Positions 41,572 to 48,848 of a DNA stretch of 48,848 bases are shown here, piece after piece (within the stretch, counting starts at the first letter, position 1; every line of letters starts with the position of its first letter). The notes beneath the pieces were generated by a model. That model worked only from the letters and a program-made list of their open reading frames with translations, was not told the DNA's origin and made no database searches. The stretch spans positions 1,631 through 50,478 of the forward strand of contig JAYEKN010000094.1 of assembly GCA_034661015.1 (NCBI GenBank). Direction: 5' to 3'. This DNA is from Candidatus Cloacimonadota bacterium. GTDB lineage: Bacteria; Cloacimonadota; Cloacimonadia; JGIOTU-2. Position numbers and translations under genes: made by a program.

Positions 41572-44517
41572 TTGAAAAAAGCGAGAATATTAATTATCGA
41601 AGATGAAGTGCTTGTTGGTAAGGATATAAAAATACTCCTTAACAACCATAACTATGAAGCGGTTGGAATAGCAGTCAATGAGGAGCAAGCCTATAATCAA
41701 GCCATTCAATATAAGCCAGATCTTATGCTCGTTGATGTCCATTTACGAAATGGCGATTCTGGAATTGAAGCTTTTAAAAGAATAAAAAGCGAAATTGACA
41801 TTCCATGTATTTTCCTCACAGCATATTCGGACACAAAGATACTGGAGAAAGCCGCTTTCACAAATCCTCAGTCATATCTTATTAAACCTTATCAGGATAA
41901 GCAACTTCTCGTTACCATTAATATCGTTTTACAAAAACAAGAAATTGAAAAAAAATTACGCGAACAAGAGATATGGTTGTCCTCATCTTTTAAAAGCATT
42001 GCCGAGGGAATAATCACCTGTGATAATAGCAGAAACATAAAATTTATCAACCCTTTCGCCAAAAAAATAACCGGTTGGAAAGAAGAGGATGTTATTGGAA
42101 AACCACTTGAAAATTTTTTTAGAATCAGTTGCAATGAAAACTATGTAAATTTTGACAAGTGTATGCTGAATCTTCTTGCTCCGGAGTCTGAAAGCAGTTG
42201 CAACAAAGAATGCAATCTTCTTTTAGAAGACAAAAAAACCATACCTATTTCCGGTAGTGGTTCTGAAATTAGAGATCAGGCGGGGGAATGTTTGGGATTT
42301 GTGTTTACTTTTCGTGATATAACCGAAAGAAAAAAACGCTCTGACGCATTAAAGATGATGAAAGAGAATCTCGAAATTAGAGTAATGGAGCGAACTACTG
42401 AACTGGAAAGTGCAAACCAAGAACTGGAATCTCAAAAGGATGAATTAACAAATCAATCCCAAAATCTTCGAGAGATCAACTCTAATTTGAATCAGGAGAT
42501 CAGCGACCACCAAAAATCAATCGCTAAAATAAATTTTCTTAATCGAACTCTTCGATTTGCAGTTCCGGAAGCTCTAATCATTACTAATAATACAGGGAGG
42601 ATTGATTATGTTAATCCGGCTTTTGAAAAAGTTACCGGATTTCTTTCCAATTCGGTCTTGGGACAAAAAATCCCCTACCTTCACAAAAATCTTTTCGTAA
42701 CAAAAGCAGATTCTTCACAAACAAAAGATGATTTTCGCGGTAATTTGCTTAGGAAGATAAACTCCGACCAAAAATTTTTTAAAAACTTGCTCTTTGGTGT
42801 TGAACATCAATTTTCTGCAGTTTATCTTGAAGAGATGCTACGGGCATTCGATAATAAAGAGCCTTGGAAAAAAAATATAAAAAATCAGAGAAAAACCGGA
42901 GAAATATATTCTGAAAAAACCACTGCCATCCAAGTAGCCAACAATGAAGGTAAAATCGAGAATTATATAATTATCAAGGATGATATCAGCAACGAAAAAA
43001 GATTGGAACAGCAACTGATACACTCCCAGAAAATTGAAATGCTTTCTCGCATCACAGCTGGCATTTCTCACGACTTCAATAATATTTTGAACATCATTCT
43101 ATCCCATGCAGATTACTTAAGTTCTATTTGTATGGATGAAACGCAGCAAACCAGTCTTGAGGCAATTTCAACTTCTGTGGAGAGAGCAGCAAAATTAATT
43201 CGCAATTTACTATCCCTTGGCAGGAATCAAGAAACCTATAAACAACCGATTCAAATTAATATTATTCTCAATAATACTTTGCAATTGATTAAAAATATTT
43301 TTAGTAAAAACCATGAAATCGTAAAAAAGTTTTCTTTGGACAATTGGTATATTTATGCTGATCCGTCCCAAATGGAGCAAGTGATAACGAACATCTGTAT
43401 AAATGCAAAAGATGCAATGCAAGATGGGGGCAAACTAATTGTCCAAACGGAGATTGTAACATTTGATAATGAAGCAATATTCACGAACACAACCCTTAAG
43501 CCCGGAAAATATATCCTTGTTTCATTCAGAGATTCCGGTACAGGTATTTCGCGAGAAGATTTGATACACATATTTGATCCTTTTTACTCGACTAAAGTTA
43601 GTAAAAAAGGAAGCGGTTTGGGTTTATCTATGGTTTCGCGTATCGTTACCGGCCACAATGGTGGTATTTCTGTAAAAAGTAATCCCGGACAAGGAACCGC
43701 TTTTAATCTCTATTTTCCCATATCCGACATGAAACAAAATGAAAAAGTCAAAAAAGATAAACCAGAAAGCCATCCTCATGCAAAACCGTTAGATATTCTT
43801 GTTGTTGACGATGAAGAAACTGTAATTAAAATGCTTATAAATAGACTGAAAAATGAAAATTTCCAGTGTATTTCTGCATTCAACGGGAAAGAAGCCCTTG
43901 AGATTTTCAAGTCTCAACGCGAAGCAATCGACCTGATTATTAGCGATATTGTTATGCCGGAAATGGATGGTATAACTCTTCTAAAAGAGATTAAAAGAAT
44001 TGATAGCAACTTCCCGGTAATCATTTTGACAGGTTCACCCATTAGCAAGAATGAAAAACAATATTTAACTGAGCACTCCGTGGACATATTAAATAAACCC
44101 ATTGAGTTTAGTCAGTTATTGTGGAGAATAAATTCCCTTGAGATCACACCCAGTAGCAAACATCTCAAACCAATGCAGAACGATAGTGAACCAAATCAAT
44201 TGACTGAACAGATTGTGGGCACCGATTCCCAGATGCTTTTTGAAAAAGATCCAAATAGTATTATCTTTCCTCAATATTTGAGTAATCAGGAAATCAACAA
44301 TCTGGAAACTTTAGTTGAAAATTTCTTTAAAGACATTGCGGATGGTAATATCACTATTAATATGTTAAAAATAGAAGAATTCACATTACCTCATGAAAAA
44401 ATTTTTCTCAGAATTATAGTTCTTGCAAGAAAATATAATAAGAAATTGATATTTAAAGCTACAGAAAATATTATTAATACGATTAAGGAACACGGTTATT
44501 CCGTAAAATTTAATTAA
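41572..44517 (+). CDS. Hybrid sensor histidine kinase: REC-PAS-coiled coil-PAS-HisKA-HATPase-REC plus a C-terminal STAS-like tail
   Basis: REC1: ILIIEDE...LMLVDVHLRNGDSG...LIKPY. H-box AGISHDFNNILNII, N-box VITNICINAKDAM, G1 FRDSGTGIS, G2 GSGLGLSMV. REC2: ILVVDDEE...LIISDIVMPEMDG...LNKPI. The last ~120 aa (ITINMLKIEEFTLPHEKIFLRIIVLARKYNKKLIFKATENIINTIKEHGY) have a STAS-like pattern. TTG start 6 nt after AGGAG. Confidence 0.88.
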   Translation: MKKARILIIEDEVLVGKDIKILLNNHNYEAVGIAVNEEQAYNQAIQYKPDLMLVDVHLRNGDSGIEAFKRIKSEIDIPCIFLTAYSDTKILEKAAFTNPQSYLIKPYQDKQLLVTINIVLQKQEIEKKLREQEIWLSSSFKSIAEGIITCDNSRNIKFINPFAKKITGWKEEDVIGKPLENFFRISCNENYVNFDKCMLNLLAPESESSCNKECNLLLEDKKTIPISGSGSEIRDQAGECLGFVFTFRDITERKKRSDALKMMKENLEIRVMERTTELESANQELESQKDELTNQSQNLREINSNLNQEISDHQKSIAKINFLNRTLRFAVPEALIITNNTGRIDYVNPAFEKVTGFLSNSVLGQKIPYLHKNLFVTKADSSQTKDDFRGNLLRKINSDQKFFKNLLFGVEHQFSAVYLEEMLRAFDNKEPWKKNIKNQRKTGEIYSEKTTAIQVANNEGKIENYIIIKDDISNEKRLEQQLIHSQKIEMLSRITAGISHDFNNILNIILSHADYLSSICMDETQQTSLEAISTSVERAAKLIRNLLSLGRNQETYKQPIQINIILNNTLQLIKNIFSKNHEIVKKFSLDNWYIYADPSQMEQVITNICINAKDAMQDGGKLIVQTEIVTFDNEAIFTNTTLKPGKYILVSFRDSGTGISREDLIHIFDPFYSTKVSKKGSGLGLSMVSRIVTGHNGGISVKSNPGQGTAFNLYFPISDMKQNEKVKKDKPESHPHAKPLDILVVDDEETVIKMLINRLKNENFQCISAFNGKEALEIFKSQREAIDLIISDIVMPEMDGITLLKEIKRIDSNFPVIILTGSPISKNEKQYLTEHSVDILNKPIEFSQLLWRINSLEITPSSKHLKPMQNDSEPNQLTEQIVGTDSQMLFEKDPNSIIFPQYLSNQEINNLETLVENFFKDIADGNITINMLKIEEFTLPHEKIFLRIIVLARKYNKKLIFKATENIINTIKEHGYSVKFN

Positions 44518-44530
44518 TGAAGGAGATAAG

Positions 44531-44875
44531 ATGAACAATAAACGACAGTTAAAGAGAAGACATTTGATTTATTATCTACGCGTTTTTGATAGGGATAAAG
44601 ACAAACTTATTGGACATCTTGCTGATATTAATCAGAAGGGTTGCATGTTGATAAGTACAAAAAAAATTGAAATCAATAAAGAATTCAATATGAAAATGCT
44701 TCTTCCAAACCCAATAATGGGAAGTGAAGAATTAATATTTTCTACTCATAGTAAATGGAGTAAAAAAGATATTAATCCGGATTTTTATTTGACAGGTTTT
44801 GAATTTGACGATTTTCCATCTCAGAAGGTTAAAATCATTGATAAACTGATTGATGATTTCGGCTTTAATGATTAA
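44531..44875 (+). CDS. PilZ-domain protein (c-di-GMP receptor type)
   Basis: RQLKRRH (RxxxR) and DINQKGCML (D/NxSxxG-like, with Ser replaced by Asn). 114 aa. GGAG RBS. Confidence 0.75.
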   Translation: MNNKRQLKRRHLIYYLRVFDRDKDKLIGHLADINQKGCMLISTKKIEINKEFNMKMLLPNPIMGSEELIFSTHSKWSKKDINPDFYLTGFEFDDFPSQKVKIIDKLIDDFGFND

Positions 44876-44901
44876 TTTTTATTGATTTTTTAATAGTTAA
44901 A

Positions 44902-45324
44902 ATGAAACCGCAATACTACGCTCTACTCACAGCAATAGCTTGGGGAGTTGGTGGTTATTTTGAGAAAAAAGGTTTGCACCTTGGTAATCTTTCACCTCAA
45001 ATGGGAATTACAATTCGCACATTTATAGCACTAATAATTTTGGGATTTGTAAGTAAACCATACTGGCATCAACTGCGTCATGTAGGACCAAAAGCATTAT
45101 TGTATTTGATTATCGGTGGTGGTGTTGTGGCTGGTTCTGTTGGAATGCTTTGTTTTTATCACGCCATCAAGGGAGCTCCTTTGGAAAAAGTTTTGCCTAT
45201 CGCATTCACTTCTCCCCTATTTGGTGCTTTGATGGGAATAATTTTCGCGAGTGAACCGATTACCTTAAAAAATGTAGTTGGTATGATAATGACTGTCGGT
45301 GGAATTGTAATATTAACTATTTGA
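44902..45324 (+). CDS. Single-EamA-domain (DMT superfamily) small membrane transporter
   Basis: 140 aa with 4-5 TM helices; ALLTAIAWGVGGYFEKKGL and the MIMTVGGIVILTI tail are typical of half-size EamA proteins. Confidence 0.7.
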   Translation: MKPQYYALLTAIAWGVGGYFEKKGLHLGNLSPQMGITIRTFIALIILGFVSKPYWHQLRHVGPKALLYLIIGGGVVAGSVGMLCFYHAIKGAPLEKVLPIAFTSPLFGALMGIIFASEPITLKNVVGMIMTVGGIVILTI

Positions 45325-45333
45325 CAGAAGCAT

Positions 45334-45363
45334 AACTCAATCCGTCAGCTGTTGGATTGAATT
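45334..45363. terminator. Hairpin between convergent genes (related to the 2731 and 22375 hairpins)
   Basis: aactcaatcc / 10-nt loop / ggattgaatt (1 mismatch), with a T-run at 45378-45386. Confidence 0.45.
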
Positions 45364-45400
45364 ACAGAATATTTCTATTTTTTTATAATCCCGGGGTAGT

Positions 45401-45943
45401 TTAACCAATCGTTAACCTTAAAATTCTTTTATAAACTTCAAAATCATTTTCTGAAAAAAGAACAAACCTTATTTCATTGAAATCAAACATTTGTATTTTT
45501 TCCGCAACTGTTTCCAAAGCAATTTTACTTGCTTCCAAGATAGGATAGCCGTATGCTCCGGTACTGATCGAGGGGAAAGAAAGGCTTTTTATTTTTTCTT
45601 TATCTGCCAATTTCAACGAATTTATATAGCAATTTTTCAAAAGTTGCTTTTCATTATCAGACCCACCTCTCCACACAGGACCAACGGTGTGGATTACATA
45701 TTTTGCCGAGAGATTTCCTCCTGTTGTGATAACTGCCTGACCTGTGGAACATCTACCGTATTTACTGCGGATGAGCTTACACTCAGCTAATATTTCACCA
45801 CCACCAGCTCGATGAATCGCTCCGTCAACCCCTCCACCGCCCATCAAAGAACTATTTGCAGCATTTACAATGGCATCTACTTTTTCTTCGGTTATGTCCC
45901 CTATCTTTAAAGATAATGTAGTATTATTAATCTTCACTCGCAT
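45401..45943 (-). CDS. Macro-domain protein (O-acetyl-ADP-ribose deacetylase, YmdB-like)
   Basis: GDITEEKVDAIVNAANSSLMGGGGVDGAIHRAGG, IHTVGPVW and FPSISTGAYGYP. Confidence 0.9.
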   Translation of the reverse strand: MRVKINNTTLSLKIGDITEEKVDAIVNAANSSLMGGGGVDGAIHRAGGGEILAECKLIRSKYGRCSTGQAVITTGGNLSAKYVIHTVGPVWRGGSDNEKQLLKNCYINSLKLADKEKIKSLSFPSISTGAYGYPILEASKIALETVAEKIQMFDFNEIRFVLFSENDFEVYKRILRLTIG

Positions 45944-46026
45944 TGCATCTACTTTCTACTAAAAACCTGGAATAAATAAGCAAAAAAACCCACATTCCTA
46001 TTTTAGAAAATCTCCATTTTTTAATT

Positions 46027-46218
46027 TTATAAACAATTCCTTTTTTTTCTGTCTGAATATTGTTTGAGTTTTTCAAACAACTTTATTGCTCGTTTATTTC
46101 CAATAGTTGCCAAACCTGCTGCTATCAATAAAATTCCCTGTAAAAACGGCAGGAAGAGACCGATTATTCCCAAGCCAACCAGAAATCCTCCGGCAACCTT
46201 CTTTAGAGATTTATTCAT
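46027..46218 (-). CDS. Small membrane protein (PGPGW/YbaN-like pattern)
   Basis: 63 aa; GFLVGLGIIGLFLPFLQGILLIAAGLATIG followed by a basic tail. Confidence 0.45.
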   Translation of the reverse strand: MNKSLKKVAGGFLVGLGIIGLFLPFLQGILLIAAGLATIGNKRAIKLFEKLKQYSDRKKRNCL

Positions 46219-46225
46219 TAAATTA

Positions 46226-46456
46226 TCATTTGATAGCTTTTACGGATTTAATCTCGGGAATTTCTTCCTTGATTTTCTTTTCGATACTAAATTTTAAGGT
46301 CATTTCTGCAAATGGGCAACCTCTGCACGCCCCTTGCAAACGTACTGATACTACATTATCATCAGAAATACCTACAAATTCTACATCTCCGCCATCACCA
46401 AGTAAAGCTGGTCTGATTTTATTTAATGCGTTCTCTACTCTTACTTTTAATTCCAT
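46226..46456 (-). CDS. NifU-like C-terminal-domain (Nfu-type) Fe-S assembly protein
   Basis: IRPALLGDGGDVEFVGISDDNVVSVRLQGACRGCPFAEMTL, with a CxxC motif. Confidence 0.88.
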   Translation of the reverse strand: MELKVRVENALNKIRPALLGDGGDVEFVGISDDNVVSVRLQGACRGCPFAEMTLKFSIEKKIKEEIPEIKSVKAIK

Positions 46457-46591
46457 AATTCATCCTTGTTTTTATTAATAAAGCGGACAGCCTTTTGAAA
46501 TTGCTTGTTTCATGTCAATTATTTTTAGGAGAAAAAACTTTTTGTCCGTTACAAGCTTTTTTAGACTTTTTTCTCTCCTGACTTGGTTAGA

Positions 46592-47557
46592 TTAATAATA
46601 CGAATGAAACCATTTGAAAAATTCATCCAAACCGGATTCGATACTGGTTTTGGGATCATATCCAAATAAATTTCGGGCTTTTGAAATATCGGCAAATGTA
46701 ATCATCACGTCACCTTTGGGAATGGGCTGCCGATTTATTACAATTTCATAGTTGAAATGATTGGATATAACTTCGACTAAGCGAGATAATTTTACGGGTT
46801 CATTATTTCCGAGATTGATAATTTCATAAATGTTCGTATTCTCTCGAATCCATTTCAAAGATTTTTTTAAGCCATCCACAATATCATTTATAAAAGTATA
46901 ATCTCGTGCTGTGGTTCCATCTCCGTAAAATGGGATTGGCTTCTTTTGGTTTACCATTCGAGCGAATTTGTGAATAGCCAGATCGGGTCTTTGCCTTGGA
47001 CCATAAACCGTGAAAAACCGCAAACAGATCATATCAATATCATAAATTTCATGATAGGTGTAACAAAGCAATTCCCCTGCTTTTTTTGTAGCAGCATAAG
47101 GTGAAATGGGGTGATCAACATTGTCCGTTTCTGCAAAAGGAATTTTTTTATTATTCCCGTAAACAGAAGAGGATGAAGCAAAGATGAATTTTTTTACGTT
47201 ATTTTTTTTTGAGCATTCGAGCAGGTTTTGAGTGCCACGCACATTTACTTCTTGGTAGAGAATTGGATCTTCAATAGAGGGACGCACCCCAGCCATTGCT
47301 GCGAGATGGATTATCGTGTCAATGGGAAAATTGTTAAATATTGTTTCCAATCCATTTAAATTTCGGATATCTTCTTCGATGAAAATAAATTTATCCGCAT
47401 TCTCATTCTTTTTGATTATTTCGAGATTATACTTTTTAAGTTCAATATCATAAAAATCGCATAAATTATCTATTCCAACGATTTTTTCTCCGCTATCAAG
47501 CAGTTTTTCAGTTAGATGTGAACCAATAAAACCAGCTGCTCCGGTAATTAATATCAT
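46592..47557 (-). CDS. NAD-dependent sugar-nucleotide epimerase (UDP-glucuronate 4-epimerase-like, extended SDR)
   Basis: ILITGAAGFIGSHL Rossmann motif, catalytic SPYAATKKAGE (YxxxK), and RFFTVYGPRQRPD. Confidence 0.88.
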   Translation of the reverse strand: MILITGAAGFIGSHLTEKLLDSGEKIVGIDNLCDFYDIELKKYNLEIIKKNENADKFIFIEEDIRNLNGLETIFNNFPIDTIIHLAAMAGVRPSIEDPILYQEVNVRGTQNLLECSKKNNVKKFIFASSSSVYGNNKKIPFAETDNVDHPISPYAATKKAGELLCYTYHEIYDIDMICLRFFTVYGPRQRPDLAIHKFARMVNQKKPIPFYGDGTTARDYTFINDIVDGLKKSLKWIRENTNIYEIINLGNNEPVKLSRLVEVISNHFNYEIVINRQPIPKGDVMITFADISKARNLFGYDPKTSIESGLDEFFKWFHSYY

Positions 47558-47570
47558 GCATTTCTCCAGT

Positions 47571-48848
47571 TCATTTTTTCACACGAAGAGACTCGTGTGC
47601 TACGCGAGGATCTGTGATTTTGCCCGTGATAGCAGTAGCAGCCACAGTAGCAGGAGAAGCAAGGTATATTTCTGAATTTTTATTACCCATTCTCCCTTTA
47701 AAATTCCTATTAGCCGTCGAGAGGGTTTTTTCTCCATCAGCCATTACTCCCTGATGCGCTCCAAGGCAAGGTCCACATCCGGGGGGTAAAATCACTGCTC
47801 CGCTTTCACTTAAAATCGAAAGTGTTCCATCCTTCAAAGCCTGTTGATAAATCTCTCTTGAAGCAGGCAGAATTAGCAATCTTGTTTGGGGACTAATTTT
47901 TTTCCCCTCAAGAATTTTTGCGGCAACATGAAAATCTTCCAATCTTCCATTTGTGCAAGTGCCGATAAAACATTGATCCATTTCTATTCCCTCTGCTTCA
48001 GTGATATTTTTACCATTATCTACTGAATGAGGAAAAGCAACCTGCGGAACGATTTCGTCAAGATTGTAAGTAAATTCCTTTTCGTATTCTGCATTTTCAT
48101 CAGCCCAAATAGGTTCGTAATCGGCAACTCCCCTATCCTTCAACCACTTTCGTGTAAGCTCATCAACCGGAAAAGCACTATTTTTTGCACCCATTTCTAT
48201 AGCCATATTGGCGATGGTCATGCGTTCTGAGATTGAGAGATTTTGGATTCCATCACCATGATATTCCACAGATTTATAATTTGCACCATCTGCATGAAGG
48301 TCGTGAATAATGGTGAGGATAAGATCCTTTGCAGAAACATGTTTATGCAATTTGCCTTTCAAGGTGATCTTGTAGGTTCTCGGAATTTTAAACCAAGTTT
48401 GTCCTGTAACCCAGATTCCGGCTGCTTCGGTTCTATCAATTCCGGTTGAGAATGCTCCCAAAGCTCCATAAGTGCAAGTATGACTATCACTACCAACAAC
48501 TACACTTCCCGGCACAGCCAATCCTTGCTCTGGTAAAACCTGATGGCAAACTCCGGTTCCAATATCAAAAAAATGCTTAATTCCCTGATCTTTTACGAAT
48601 TTCCTGATCACTTGATGATTATTTGCAGTTTTTGCATTTGCCGCAGGAGTTACATGATCAAGTATGATAACCAAACGGTCCGGATATTTTACTTTGATAC
48701 CTTCTTTTATCTGTCCAAGTTTTTGCGTTATGGCTGCTGTGTTATCATGGGTAAGAATGTAATCCGGTTCCACAAAGGCGATTTCACCTTCTTGCACAGG
48801 TTTACCGATTTTTCTTTCAATTACTTTCTGGATAAATGTTTTTTTCAT
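47571..48848 (-). CDS. leuC: 3-isopropylmalate/homoaconitate dehydratase large subunit (aconitase family)
   Basis: YILTHDNT, VGSDSHTCTYGALGAF, FIGTCTNGRLED, GCGPCLG and NRNFKGRMG cluster-ligand and active-site motifs. The start codon occupies the last 3 nt of the window. Confidence 0.9.
   Translation of the reverse strand: MKKTFIQKVIERKIGKPVQEGEIAFVEPDYILTHDNTAAITQKLGQIKEGIKVKYPDRLVIILDHVTPAANAKTANNHQVIRKFVKDQGIKHFFDIGTGVCHQVLPEQGLAVPGSVVVGSDSHTCTYGALGAFSTGIDRTEAAGIWVTGQTWFKIPRTYKITLKGKLHKHVSAKDLILTIIHDLHADGANYKSVEYHGDGIQNLSISERMTIANMAIEMGAKNSAFPVDELTRKWLKDRGVADYEPIWADENAEYEKEFTYNLDEIVPQVAFPHSVDNGKNITEAEGIEMDQCFIGTCTNGRLEDFHVAAKILEGKKISPQTRLLILPASREIYQQALKDGTLSILSESGAVILPPGCGPCLGAHQGVMADGEKTLSTANRNFKGRMGNKNSEIYLASPATVAATAITGKITDPRVAHESLRVKK

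Overview
AT-rich bacterial chromosomal segment (roughly one-third G+C by eye). About 36 kb of it (5.6-41.4 kb) is a flagellar and motility super-locus from a diderm, since both L-ring and P-ring genes are present. I read four tightly packed transcription units. (i) Minus strand 18917->5615: flhA-flhF-flhG, three unknown ORFs, then motB-fliL-fliM-fliN/Y-fliO-fliP-fliQ-fliR-flhB. (ii) Plus strand 19218->22358: flgJ-like (rod-binding domain plus lytic transglycosylase), a PAS pseudo-histidine-kinase, cheY, cheZ. (iii) Minus strand 30815->25418: flgF-flgG-flgA-flgH-flgI-flgD-motA, followed by a FlgS/FlgR (FlrB/FlrC)-type histidine kinase and a sigma-54-dependent response regulator (25214->22543). 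(iv) Plus strand 32730->41370: flgB-flgC-fliE-fliF-fliG-fliH-fliI-fliJ, a YlxF/MotE-like gene, and a short fliK-like gene. Near-consensus sigma-54 (-24/-12) promoters are readable upstream of units i, ii and iii, and a weaker one upstream of iv. This fits an RpoN/NtrC-type flagellar hierarchy. No fliA, flagellin, flgE, flgK/L, fliD/S or cheA/W is present in the window. c-di-GMP and two-component genes sit between and after the flagellar units: an HD-GYP protein, a REC-PAS-PAS-HK-REC hybrid kinase and a PilZ protein. Housekeeping genes flank the locus: TldD/PmbA, an aminotransferase, folP-cdaA-coaE on the left; an EamA transporter, a macro-domain protein, NifU-like, an epimerase and leuC on the right. 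The least explained parts are these: the three-ORF insert between flhG and motB, which includes a 588-aa membrane protein with a C-terminal HTH; the His-less PAS pseudo-kinase next to cheY-cheZ; a 46-bp x3.5 tandem repeat upstream of the flagellar two-component genes; two structured repeat elements in intergenic regions (5.4-5.6 kb and 31.0-31.2 kb); and the physical separation of motA from motB. No CRISPR array, tRNA/rRNA, transposase or integrase was seen. All calls come from reading the ORF translations and the DNA by eye; no database search was run.
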